DNA from: Phoronis australis | Lineage: Eukaryota; Animalia; Phoronida | DNA: 64,000 bases | Assembly (NCBI GenBank): GCA_002633005.1 | Contig: NMRA01000004.1 | Location: 1,420,799 to 1,484,798, forward strand | Reading direction: 5' to 3' | Part shown: piece after piece, positions 12,417 through 25,342 of the stretch | Layout: each line of letters begins with the position of its first letter | How positions within the stretch are numbered: position 1 is the first letter of the stretch | Position numbers and translations under genes: made by a program | Notes under the pieces: generated by a model | Seen by the model: only the letters and a program-made list of their open reading frames with translations | Told to the model about the DNA's origin: nothing | Databases searched by the model: none

Positions 12417-15400
12417 TGCCGTCTTACCTGATCAATATCAATCCACAGTGCCGCCTCTCGTAACACTGGGTAAGTGTAACTCTGAGCTCGTGCCAGACTA
12501 CTCATGATTTCTCTGAAAGTTGGCGCGTGAGCCGTCACGCGATCTTTATACACGGGAATGGCTTGAAAACAACTCAGTTTTGAAAAGCGAAAATTTATAT
12601 TGCGAAAACGCTTTTATATTCTCCCCAAGTTAGCAACCAATGCATTTACATGCACTTTAACTATAAGACTAATCTCCGTATATTTTGATCTCCTTTTTGT
12701 GATTCTAAATCAGTAACTTTGTTCCCGAAGGCCAATAAACAAGGCAGGTATTGAGTCATTTGAAGCGTGATTTTATTTTTGGGACACCCTGTATGTGTCA
12801 AATGGAAGATAGTGATTTCCGTCGCCTACAGATTATCCAAAACATTGGAAAGTAAGAGTGTGAAACCGGTCATGGATTTGACCAGGCGTGCGTTCCTTAG
12901 AGGCGAGAATCTCGAGAAAACGCAAGATTTCGCGAGGTATCGCTATGTGTATCACAAGAGAAGCACGCGATCAAACGATCTTTCTTAGGGAGATTATTGC
13001 GTCTACAAAACTCTTCCCGGGTTCAAATGGGCTACTTTTCCAAAATATTTTATTTACACACTTCCCTACTGAACACTGAAAGTGGGACAAAATCGTCATC
13101 TTGTTCCTTAAAAGGATACTACACCTTGTTTTGGTGATTTCAATCAATGCCTCGTTTTGCCACCTGCCACGTCATTGGTGTCACACATGAGTGATAAAAG
13201 CAGAATTCAAGAAAAATAAATTCTCGCTGAGTCACAAACTGGACATCATGGCTCTTGGTGGGTGGTTTACAAATTTCGCTCCACACTTTTAAGGGTTACA
13301 GAGCAATATTTTGTTTCATAAAACTGGATGGGAAAGTTCTTTTCAATATCTTTTAATAGGCCAAAACCGGATTAGGTGTCCTTTTAAGCTGGCATACTGT
13401 GTATATTGTGAAGTACGCTGCACGAGGAAAACTAGGACGGGGTCTTACAAACTTCAGTCGTATTCCTGATAAGCAGTAAAAGAGGTTAGCGACTGGGCGT
13501 CCACAGAAGTGGGACAAAAGTACACCTTTGGTTGTATTTCGCGAAAAGTCTGTTGTCCCTCTTTTATGAATCGGATATGATTATTGAGTTCTTTTTGATT
13601 ATGTTAATTCATTTTTATGGCAAAGAAAGTCATTTATTAGCATATTTCATGATGTTCATACTCACTTGGGAGGCTAGAAAACATGCTTCTTTAAGTTATT
13701 TCATGACGTTTTATGACTCAAAAGCTTTCGAAACCGAACAACCGTGAAAAATTTATAATTTCAGAGGAATAAATGCAAGTTAATTCATTTTCACCTGCTT
13801 AGAATTTGACGAACCTTTTCTTGAAATCGACTGTAAGCCCACCTTCTAGTAGATGTATTGTTTAATGACGTAGGAACAAAATTGCAGTTTTGGTTCAATA
13901 AAGAGGCGATAAAAAATATACCGAAGTCCACGGAAATTGTTTATTGTTTATGAGAAGAAGGATGATTGTTTTCGCTCTCCCTTGACGTTTTAAAAGTTGC
14001 TAGTGTCTTTGCGGTATGAATTTTAGTTTTCCGAAGTTGAGTCGTTTGTTTGCCATTACCAGGCATACTTAGCACGTGACGGCTCAGGCACCTACTTTCG
14101 AAGCAAGTTGTGACCTAACGCATTAGTCCCGAGAGCACGGGGACTGAACTCGGGCTCTCGCAGTTGTACTGAACTGTTAGTACAACTTTGGGACACCCTG
14201 TAGAAAACGTCTACGCAAAAGTAAACATAACTTCCACTAATTGATCAAATACAAGTTTTTTAAACCTATTGGTACTATGAAACAAAATTGCATTCGCTTT
14301 AAAATGTGTCTATCCAAACGTTTGATGATGTTTCGAAACAATATTGAACTTTTTCTAAATCCATGTTTGATAGTGTTAAATTAACCATGGATCAAATAGC
14401 GTCTTGAACGAAAGGCTGTGTGGGTGAAAGGTCAGGCTCGTCAAGAAATCTTGGTATTTAATTACTTGTTATTTTCTTTCCCGTTTGAGTTAGTAAACAA
14501 ATTATTCTTCATTTTGTTTCTAAAACACTGAATTCTATTCGGGATGACGTCATTGCCTTCATTAGGGCATGAACAAATACGGAAATAATCTCAGTAGATT
14601 GGTCCGCAGAGAAAAAGATTCCGCTAATTATTGATAGAATACAGCGAACTGAAGTTGCGTCGTTTGTCCTAATACCATTAACTTCCAATTAAAATTGAAT
14701 GATAATTTCCGTTATAAGGTCGATCGAATTTTTCATTCCTTAAATTGGTTTACGCTCCAAAAGAACTTATCAGAATGAATAATGGAAATTATCTAAGACT
14801 TCCGCTATGCATCAACTAACGGCCAAGCTAGATAACTGTTTTCAAATAAAAAATCTCACGCATAAATGAACATGCATTCGAGAAAAATCTTTGCGAAACA
14901 TTCAAACATGCCGCGAAAGTACATAATTTGTTATGTAATATATTTGAACTCTATTGCATACTAACCCTACTACGAACTCGGTTGTAAACTGTGTTGAACG
15001 TACTTATGGCCTTGAGGTACGTGAATGAACAGCATATTCGTATTTATTTACAAAACATTCATGAAAACGTTTTCATAGTTTACTCCGTGTGGTTAGGTGC
15101 AAATTTTCATGTGCCTCACAAACTTATTACAGTGTGTTCAAACATTTTCATAAAATTGTTGCCGAGATGATGCCGGATTTACAAACGTCCATGGCCGCAG
15201 ACTTAATACTTAAAAGAGGTTGAAAGTGCTTTTTTGATGCCGAAAGCATCTTAGGCCGTAAGGATTAGAATATTTACAAAAAATCCACGTCGGCATCTAA
15301 CAGAGAAGATCAGTTACAAAAATGCATAATTATTATAACTAAAATTATTGTCAATTGCAATACGTTCGTAAATTTGTAACAAAAATCTTCTACAAATAGT

Positions 15401-18107
15401 AAAACTTAAGTATGACCTTGACCCACAGGTATTCGCGTAGCTAGAAAATCACACCTTGATCCGATAAACTGCTGCCTAACAAGTCAAGCACCCAGTACGT
15501 GGTCATTATGGCAAGAATCCCAAAGCCTTCATCTGATAACTTAGCTAGCACACTATTGCAATTGTGATCAGAAATCATAATTCAACTAACTGCACTTTTC
15601 TAGAAATCACACTTTAGCGATGGCTTATCGGAAACACTTCACAACGTGTATTGCAATAGCTTTTTCACACAAGAAAATTGAAAACCCCAGATGTGTTCAG
15701 TCATAATTTAAAGAATAAATACGACGATGTAGACATTGATTCTGTATGTTGTTTTCTGTACAACAATCCTGGGGCCAGGGTTTCAATAAAATGTCAACTT
15801 TATTACGATTTATTTACAGTCTTAATCGGAAACTTACGCAAAACTTAGAATGTGTGCGAAATTACGACACTCAAGTGGTAGGGGCCCCCAAGCCTGTGAT
15901 TGGTCAAACCAAAAACCCATTGCTTGGTAATATACTTGGCCATTCGCTTAAAGAAATTTGTAGGAAATATTACCACCTGTTCGTCTGTGTGATTGCAGGC
16001 GTATGCAAATTGTTCTTCAGTTAGCTCTTTATACTCCAGAGCCCGCTGTGGCGGCCCTGATTTAGAACCAGATTGCAAAACCCGTGAGAGTAAGACCTGT
16101 CTAGCTGAGGTTGTTTACTTGTAAGGCTTTTAAGTAGCTTTCTGCTTTTCTAAGCCTTTTCAACGTGGCACAACACAAGGTCATTCGCATTCATAGAATC
16201 CTCATAAAGAAACGCATGAGCCACTCGATCCTAACTTGTATTGAGCTTACGGGCTGACGGTTGGTCCTTCATATGTTAATTTAAATATAGCTGTGCTGAC
16301 GAAATCAAAAGATCAGGCCGCAATACATTACAAGCAGCGATAAGATCGGAAGCGATAAGATTTCAGTTCACAATTTGGTTTCATTGTGTTTAAACACTTC
16401 TGTGTTTTCTGTCATATTGCAGCAAATCGAAAACACCGCACAAGGTTGATTAAATATCAACCGAATGAAAACAGTTCCATTTGCGATCGTATTTGGAAAC
16501 ATGGAACAAGTTAAACAATAAAAAGCCTTGGAGCCCGTTTTTGCTTATGTGAAATTTTGTTTAGATTATAAACAAGACCCGTCAAATGTAACGTAAACAT
16601 ATAGGCCTACGAGCGACTCTAAGACTTTGGAGAGACGCACGTCGAAGGTGAAATTTAATACTTCTCCAATGTAAGCACGGTTTAAAAGGTTTCTGTATCA
16701 TATTATTGAGTTTATATGACAAGAATAGGGTAGTAATATTCGAATCTAATCAATTAAAAACTGGCTCCAACGGCTTTGAGCTGCTGTAAAAAATGCCACG
16801 CCTTTCACAGCCCGCATTTTGTAATGAAAACTTCGTAATGTTATTCATTATCATGATACATACTTTTACAAATACCCAACTTTGAATACTAATAATAATT
16901 TAAAGATGTTTTGCCTGCAATGGCATGATAAATGAACAGAATCCTTTTCGAAAAGTTCAGGAATTCAGTCATGTACTTTTTCTTGAGAAAATTATTAGCA
17001 AACTGTTAAATCATTTTTCAAGACGATAGCAAAGAATTGTACAATATGCGATTGCACATTATGTCTGGGCTTTTGAAGAAGCAACATTTTGAAATTTGAC
17101 GCTAGGCTCAACGGTTTAGCTTGAGCTCCAGGTGACAAAAAATCCGTTTTTCACAAGCCCATAAATCCGAGTAAAAACATTTGCGAGACCAAACGGTAAA
17201 TGGCCCATAACAAACAAGATTTTTGACAGAAAGGCGGGTTTAGGCCTATAACAATTTTAATGAACCCCTTTACTCCCGGTAATTGTGCATCGGACCAGAG
17301 TTGTATTATTTTGTAATATCAACGTTATTTCTTTTTACACGACTGGTCAGAAAACAAATAACTAATTTATGTTTCACGCTATTATCAACAGTTACAATAT
17401 ACGCTTGCGAAGGACTTATACATTTACTTATCCTTTGTTTTAAATGCAATAAGAAATTTCCAGTTTTCTCGAGTGAACACAGTTTCCGTTCACGCCATCA
17501 ACTTTCAAGATTGCGGAAAAGACTCGAGCGAATGGTGCTTTTATCTACAGGACACATGATAAGCAAAAACCAATATTTAAACCTTGCACCATAAAGTTTA
17601 AAAGACACCGTTAATTATCTTTGAATATACAAACTGCAGGTCAGCGTTGCTGTGTTATACGAAATAGGGTACCACATATTTTATTTTCAAAGATTTTCTT
17701 TCCAAACCTTCACCTCGTTTTTCGCGTTTTGCTTGAAATCAACGATTCCACGATGGGCCTGGAGTTTGATGCGTCACACTTTTTTTAATTTATTCTACTC
17801 ACAGGTACCAAAACATTGTGAGTAATAAAAGAATGATTCACAGCTAAAAGGACCGGCTTCACGTATGACAAGGACTGCCGGGTGTCAAAACAGTCACTTT
17901 CTTCACAGGCGAATTTGCCCTTCATACGCAACGCCGTAGCGTTCTTATTCTTTTTGCAATATTGAAACTGGTAACAATGCTTGGGCCTTGATGGCTATAC
18001 TACTTCAGCGGCTGAAACCAAACCGGCCCACAAGCAAGCCTTCTACAGGGCCTGGTCTGAAGCGACAACGAACTGTCTGCTGTTCTCTAGACCAGTCTCC
18101 CGTTCGG

Positions 18108-18216
18108 GAGATTACGTGAGATATTGCCGTGTGTTTTAAATAAGAGCACGTGACTTTAGCTAGATTTTAGCTAGGTCCTAGCGTAGGTCCTATCATTACT
18201 AGTGAACGCACGCCAG
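18108..18216 (+). repeat. ~108-bp dispersed direct repeat, copy 1 (copy 2 at 21554-21659)
   Basis: GAGATTACGTGAGATATTGCCGTGT...CACGTGACTTT...TAGGTCCTAGCGTAGGTCCTA is near-identical in both copies. Confidence 0.9.
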
Positions 18217-18410
18217 GAATCGTTTCTAATGTGGACAAGGAACATGATGAGACGGATTTACAACTGAAAGTGGCCCATATCCAGATGGCGCGGGTTAATT
18301 GCTGCCAAGTCATGAGTTTTGACATAGTTTTCCGTGCGACATCAGTACTGCTGGTCTCAGCAGCCGGAGAGTGTTGAAATTCATTCCAGGTGCTGTCATA
18401 CGACATTTAA

Positions 18411-18975
18411 AGGGAAACTATCGGTTTTATTACCGCAAAATCCAGTTCTGGGATTATTGCTGGATGCAATAGACTTCTTGAAGTTCTGACCAGAGCTATA
18501 AAACAAGAAAATCCATTGTAATTTTGTAATTTTACATGCGCGCACCCAGCCTTTAATATGGGGGGCTAGAATTTCTGACAAAGTGGACCTTTTGCTAATA
18601 AAAAACCGGGAGGACTAAAAAAATATGGGGTACCACCTCCAGAACTGTGAACTGTGCGTCTGTGCCTTTTTAGTGGACTTTAGTCTCATTTCCTCAGACT
18701 TTTTGTTTCTCTGAGGCGGACCTTTTTACCCACTTCGCCCCCGCCCCCTGGGTGCGCGCATGATTTATTACAAGTCACCAATTCTCGAAGTTGTTTGTCA
18801 GACATTAGCTGAAATCAAGGCCGGTGACTACGAGTTGAATACGCTCAAAAACTCTTCTTCCATTAAAGGAGCGGGATATAGCTACGCTAGCAGAGCGTCA
18901 GCCTGAGACCGCGGGGGCGATTCCGCTCCTAGGCTGATCTGAGAAAATCACCTTTCTCACGTTGATAACGTCCCT
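18411..18975 (+). mobile_element. MITE family B with a nested insertion
   Basis: TTAA|AGGGAAACTATC...GATAACGTCCCT|TAA. Homology to the other copies resumes after the 18535-18762 insert. Confidence 0.75.
18535..18762. mobile_element. Small MITE with perfect 15-bp TIRs, nested in the family B copy
   Basis: CATGCGCGCACCCAG...CTGGGTGCGCGCATG. Flanks TTTTA/ATTTA form an imperfect 5-bp TSD. Confidence 0.85.
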
Positions 18976-20081
18976 TAAAGACGTCAGTTTTACTTTGGAC
19001 ACTGTGAATGGGAAGATCATTTATTTGTCTATCATCATCGCTAAACATCCGCTTCTTCAAACAGTCAAAACGATTCATAATATTTGATGTAATAACACAC
19101 GCTGCTCAGTGGACCCAAGTTCCGCTCGCTACAGGAGGCGGACCCCCAGTGCACTCATTAACTCCATCGCATACCCAGTCCTTTTGTAAACGTACGATTA
19201 TTATTTAACGTTGACAAATGGACGCTCACTCACAAAACACTAATGTGGGGAGTGCTGTTGAAACGACCATTATAAGCATGTTTCGGGCAATTATGCTAAT
19301 TATAGGACTTCTTTTGTGCGTCGCTCTGTCATTCCATTCAAAGTAATACAACGCGCACCTGCGAAAATGGCATTCTTCATAAATTTCTTAATGAAGCGAG
19401 TTGTGATTGCAAATATATCTCGTAATGTTACGTAAAATTCATTAAATCAAACATTCGCGTTTTGGGCGAGTGACCGGGCAAAGTTGACATAAAGTAGGTT
19501 TATTTGGGTTCATTTCTATTCACTGTGTTCCCTTTTAACGTTTATTTATTTACCTGGTCTTTTATTCCTGGGGTTTGAAATATTATTTTAAAGACAGTTG
19601 AACGCTTATTAGATTTAATTTGTCAACCAAGTTCGCTTACGGGGTCACTGAGTGCAGAAATTGTAAACATTTCTCTCAGCGTGTAAGCAAAAGTCGCCCT
19701 TAGAAACCTTTACATAAAGACCCCCACTACGCCAACAGGGAGTTTTTATAAGAGGTGAAAGATGGTTTGGATTAGCGTCGCTCAGAAATGATGCTGAGGG
19801 CAAACAATTTCAGCATCATTTGGCAATTCCTCTTTGCAAAAGAACGCGCGTAAGAAAAGAAATGAATTACAAGTAAAATGGTTATGGCGTGGACGTCATC
19901 AGGGCCTAGTTGTATTAACATGGTGTTCGAAATATCAGGGAAGTAGACTCTGTAGATATGGTCGTATGTAGGAATCGTTCTTGTTTAATATGGGTTAACA
20001 TCGTTGTAACAGTGAACATTTTCTAACATCATTTATTAAAACTATAATTGTTTTGTTGTGAAAGTTAATTTTCTTATAATA

Positions 20082-20235
20082 CAGTGGAGGATTTAAGGAG
20101 TGGGGGAGGAGGCCATTTCCCCCTAAAAATTTCCCAGATTCTATTGGGTACTTCGGAGGTGCGAATGTCTGATGGGCAAAATCCTGGCTAATACTCTGCC
20201 CTGCCCCCCAACTGAAAAGCCTGGATCTGCCCCTG
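20082..20235. mobile_element. Small CAG...CTG MITE with 5-bp TSD
   Basis: TAATA|CAGTGGAGGATTTAAG...CTGGATCTGCCCCTG|TAATA. Confidence 0.7.
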
Positions 20236-21553
20236 TAATACCCACTTCCTTTTTAAAGTGGATAAACACGCAACATGCCAATTAATCAAATCAAACCAAC
20301 TTAAAATGTTCTTCATGTGATAGCAATTGATTGTAACCATCTACAGAAATTGCGAGAGCACCCGATTTTCAAATTAGAAATGCTTGGACTGTGCTTTCAT
20401 GAAAGAAGAATTTTGACTCTTAGTTACATGCCAATGTTCCGTTTGACCTCTTTGAAAGCCTTCAAATTAATTTCCATTATTATGCCGAAATGTTTTCGGT
20501 CTTTGTATGGCTTGGTAGCTTAGTAAATAATTCGAATTTTAAGCAGTGAATAAATAGGAAACATACCTTGACTAGCACGAAATTAAAATTAAACAATTTG
20601 GGTAACTGCGCATGCGTTAGATCCGAATGCCAAAAATGATGAAGTGAGCACTCATTATTAACATTTTGTCGTACACTTAAACACAAACTATGAAAATGTA
20701 ATGTTATAGTTGCAGTACCCAAGTTTGGGGAATAGGAAGGTTAAATTTAATCAAGTAACACCGATTTTTGTTTGTTTTTTACATCGACGGCAACGAATTA
20801 AGGACTTCAATCCGGCGGGTACAAAAAATCTCCCAAGACGCGCGTCCTTCCAATCTTAATAAACAATTACCCTGGAAAAATTTAATAGCTTCTAGGTTGC
20901 AGATGCTAAATTATATTTTCACCCATCGTTTTGTGTAGTTGATAATTTTGTTTCCCGGTAGATTACAGTATGCGTGTACATTATTCACAAGTCTATGTCT
21001 ATTGTTCACGCTCCACCCATTTGCATCTTTTTTCGTTTCAATCTCGAGATTAGCAGCAGACCTGTGTATTATTCGTACCATTAGTATTGAAATGCGACTT
21101 ATTTTAACTCGTTTAACGTACTTGTTGGTAAAATACATAATTATTTATTAGATCACATTGTAACGTATTGCATGGTATATAGGACCTTATTGATAAGTCT
21201 CCATTTTAGCCAAATATCTACAAACCTATACATTTTAATTCAGTAAAATATACATTTTCCAAAAGTAGGAAGCCTGTAAAATTTGATTTTTTACACTTTA
21301 TTAATCTGATTTAGCAAAAAAGATAGGTACACTGATTGGAAAACAACCGTCTCAATATCATGACCAATTTTTATTTGGTTCTCGAAATCCGGAACCTCTT
21401 TAAATGACTAGACAGTGTCCCAAAAGGAATCTGGATGACTGACCTATAAACGACAACTGTAAGTTTTTTTATCAGACGTTTCAATTTTCTTCAGGCACGA
21501 GTCCTGCTTCCCGTTCAGTAACTCTAGGGTCTCTCTAAAAAGCAAGACTTTGT

Positions 21554-21659
21554 GAGATTACGTGAGATATTGCCGTGTATTTTAAATGAGAACACGTGAC
21601 TTTGGCTAGATTTTAGCTAGGTCCTAGCGTAGGTCCTAGCATTACTGAGCGCACGTCAG
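21554..21659 (+). repeat. ~108-bp dispersed direct repeat, copy 2
   Basis: Matches 18108-18216. Confidence 0.9.
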
Positions 21660-21812
21660 CTTTTCAAAACGGAGCAGTTCACATGGGCTTCGATTACAAT
21701 TGTCCACGGAGTTCACACGGTAAATGGTGACAAGCGGGTATGAGTTAGACAATCCTTAACTTGCCGTTTCGCAACTTTGCCGTAAGACAGCATAAAACAT
21801 TTTAAAAATGTA

Positions 21813-21829
21813 TTTATTTACATTTTATT
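21813..21829 (-). terminator. Candidate distal poly(A) signals (2x AATAAA) of the sclerostin-like gene; a proximal AATAAA lies at 23687-23692
   Basis: Plus-strand TTTATT at 21813 and 21824 in an AT-rich context. No transcript evidence. Confidence 0.3.
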
Positions 21830-22270
21830 GATTCATTAAAATATATTAAGTCATGTACAATGAGATCTTAAAATAACATTATAAACAAATTAAAACAATT
21901 AAGATCAACAACGTGTCTCAATGTAAAGTCAAACCAAATGTTCTGTTTGACAAGAAATTATCAATTCCTCAAATATCTGTAGTACACACAGGCATTTCCG
22001 TGTCGTAAAGCTCAATAACAAAGTACATACAAAACTTTTAAAGACCAGTTTCGCGTAAATGAACCACTGAATAAAAAATTGCCGTATGTCACACAAACCC
22101 GGCAATGTTGAAATACACGGATGCTTTAATCGAGCTGTTGATGTGGAGATGCACTTACAGAACATTATGTCATTAGCACTGACCAAACGAAGCGTAAAAG
22201 GGACAGTCCTACCTCGAGCATAGGTGGTTATTGACCTTGAGACATGGATCCGCTCACCCATCGCAAAGGC

Positions 22271-22457
22271 CAGCACAGACGGAGAGGTACGAGTTGTTCA
22301 ACAGTCTGTCTCACTGAACGTTAGGTGAACACAGCCCGCGTCAAGGAGTGAATAACTGAATGAACTACTCGACAGGGTCACTCAACAGTTATTGTATTTT
22401 CGCACCTTGACATGAGGTATCTGCTCAGTTGACTTTCACAGCTCTCCGTCTGCACTG
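22271..22457. mobile_element. Small MITE with 16-bp TIRs
   Basis: CAGCACAGACGGAGAG...CTCTCCGTCTGCACTG. No TSD seen. Confidence 0.65.
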
Positions 22458-23299
22458 AACCTAACGGATTGGTTGATACGAACCACTCCTCCACTTCGAC
22501 ATTGACCTAAATAGGCGTTGCATGCTGAAGCGTCAATAAATCATATACCACTGCTTTGAATAGTAGACAGGAGCCTTCCAGAAGTAGGCTTCTGGTGGGT
22601 TAGAGGTATGAACATGCTTAACTTAATAGTACCCAAGGCTTGTTAAAAGCATTATGGCACGTGTAAATCAGTAATTTAAAGTCAGAAGCAAAGGTATCAA
22701 GCAACTTCCCTCAGGGAAAAGCTGCTCAGCGTTATCCTGTAAATTTTATGTAACATGTGGGCCAAGGCCTTAAATGTTGAAATACATGATTTTTTTTGTA
22801 TCAAGCAACTATGGTGAACAGGATTATGCAACGTGTTTTACTTAGTATTGCCTAAAACAATCACAAGCTAATACAGGTTATTCAGTCTTTTTAGTGTTAC
22901 AACAGTGCGACTCACTCGTTGAGCTTGTAAGTCAATTTCGCCATATACTCAGCTGGAATCGACGAAATGGGGCCAAGACATTGAGTGGGGGTTGAACAAC
23001 CAACAGTAATTTTGGGATTACGTTGCTGTCCAAATGAGGCAAACCAGGAAAGCATTCGTGACAGTGCTTAAACAGCTCCTCATTCGTATCAGCTTTAAAT
23101 CGTCAAATGGGAAGTTCAAGCTTCCAACTGTAGACAGATTAACTTTGACAAACAAGCTATGATTAACACAAATCTTTGCTTATCCTTTTCCACTTTTTGC
23201 AGATCTAAGTGCATCAGTGTTTGAAACCTGCTGTGAATATTGTTTCCTTGGCTTTAGGATTTGAATGAATCAGATGATCCCAATAATTGGAAAGGCTAA

Positions 23300-23400
23300 C
23301 CATATTCAAGAAGTGCTCTATAGTATCAAAAGCTTTTGACAGATCACTAAACAAGCGAAACAAAGCACCAGGATCAGTAGTCAAAAAACACGGCCGCAAG
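23300..23400 (-). pseudogene. Tiny non-LTR retrotransposon RT relic (CR1/L2-like)
   Basis: FSDLSKAFDTIEH resembles the RT motif FLDLSKAFDTVDH. Confidence 0.6.
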
Positions 23401-24938
23401 GCATGTTTCATTAGTGACTCACGCTCTTTTGAGAAGAGTCCAACCATTATAATAGAGGGGTGAAGTGAAAACATGGTAGCTAGACTAACAAGAAACTTCA
23501 ACAATACATAATATTTGCTCAGAAATAATCTGCTTCTGCTGTGGTTACTATAACCTGTTGCACCAGAAGCTCATTGTCAGTCAGTTACATTATTATACTA
23601 TGGGACAACTTCTGAGGGAGAAGAAATTGAACTAAGAACCTTTAAGCTTGCAGACCTAGGTGCAAAGTGTGTGATACGACCATTCTTTTATTGCAGATTC
23701 ACTATACTGGTCCGTCAAATCCAGTAAAGATAACTTTCCCCAAGGTCTGAAACGAGTGACCACAGGATAAAATCTCTCTCAAACAACTATAAAATTCTCA
23801 AACAAATGACGAAATACTGACGTGTTCAAAAACAGAAAATCACCGATACTGAAAAGAACAAACAACGTTGGCCTACCATTCTCATCAGGTGATATCACCT
23901 GGTACAATTCCCGATGTGTAGTCCTATCTGCACCAAACAGAAATTTAGATCAATATTTACGAAACAACGATGAATGGTATAGCTATAACTTCAAAGGCAA
24001 ATGCAGCGTAAATTAATTTGGTTTCATCTGATGGACGTAAGGGGGCACCTCAAACATTCAGTGTGACAAGGCAGTGCAACGTGTCTGCACTTTAAAGCAA
24101 CGACCTGAAAGACCTCGCGCACTAAAACTGTAACTTGAATGTAGATGTAGGTACATTCCACTATGTCCTGTTCAGTATCATGAAGAACTTGGAAAACAAA
24201 CGGAGACATGGCTATCTACATATCACCAGTTCACCAATAAATAGAAAAAATAACCACAGTTGTTTCACTATTACTTAATTATCCACATAAATGTCTTTTC
24301 GCGCTATATGAGAAACCCTTGAGTGGTTTACAAAGCATAGCTTACAGTGCGTTCCCAGAACGCTGCGTGTACGACTAGAACGGTAGAAAGCTACATCCGG
24401 GGGGTTCTTGGATACCAGGGGTGCCGTTGTAGGTTTGGAAAGTCCATACAATCATATTTTATCCAGGACATTCCTCCCACATACCCGAAACTGAAGCCGT
24501 AAAATGCGGGGTATTTGGCTATAAATGGTTTCCCCACTCCACAAGTGCCCCTAATCAGCAGAACAGCCTCTGATACCCAGTCAACAGGATAACCCCCGGA
24601 ACTTACACTGGCAGCTTAAACACAAGCACCCCTCAGAATACCTAAACAATGAAAACTCCATGGGCTTGTTATACATCTTTCATAAGGTTTTCGACACCAG
24701 TAGCCATTGCGGGAGACACTTGCCCATCGCTTCTGGTATTCCAACTCAGTTCCACTGGTGGTTCACCAACCAAAGTTGACTTCAAAATTCCAAACAAAAT
24801 TTTGCAACAAAAAAACGTCATCTTCCTTCAGGAAAGCTCACCATCGACTCCTCATTAACCGTGAGATATTGCATTTAATGGAATATGTACAGGTTAATAA
24901 CTTAAATATAACTTAAATAGCAGCTCCATCAGACGTCG

Positions 24939-25342
24939 CTACGACTTGTTTTCATGACGTAATCTCTTCTTATGTCCACCACGTTTTCCTTTCTGTTTAG
25001 GCGTCCTTGTTGTCCCCCTAGCGGGTGTTCGTAATCTGTTCTGTGATTCGTGATACTTTTTACATTTACAGCTCTTTACAACTCTCACCGGATAATGTCG
25101 GATTTCTCCATTTTGACACACAAATCTCACACGCTTGCGTTTCGTATAGTCGTTAACACATCTATATTGCTCAATTTTTCTAGACGACAACAACTTCACG
25201 AATTCTGCGTACCAAGGCAATTCGTCGATAGGTAAACAGTGGCCAGTACAAAGGACGTCAGTAATTGGCCTGATGGACGTGCAGAAGCCGTCGGAAATAT
25301 ATTTTCTAATCTTTAACGCTTTGCAGCCAACTCGAACGTCTT
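24939..25342 (-). CDS. SOSTDC1: Sclerostin/SOSTDC1-like protein, exon 2 (cystine knot plus basic tail)
   Basis: TTTTACAG| acceptor, phase 1. VGCKALKIRKYISDGFCTSIRP...LCTGHCLP...YRCVND...CQNG...KSCKCKKY has the 8-Cys SOST/SOSTDC1 spacing. Probably co-orthologous to SOST and SOSTDC1. Confidence 0.93.

Larger units (their letters stand above)
11151..14200. mobile_element. Tc1/mariner-like non-autonomous element with TA TSD; the right end may instead be 12791
   Basis: TA|CCGGGTGTCCCAAAATGTAC at the left. TTTGGGACACCCTG|TA occurs at both 12791 and 14200; the 14200 end matches further (GTAC). Confidence 0.5.
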
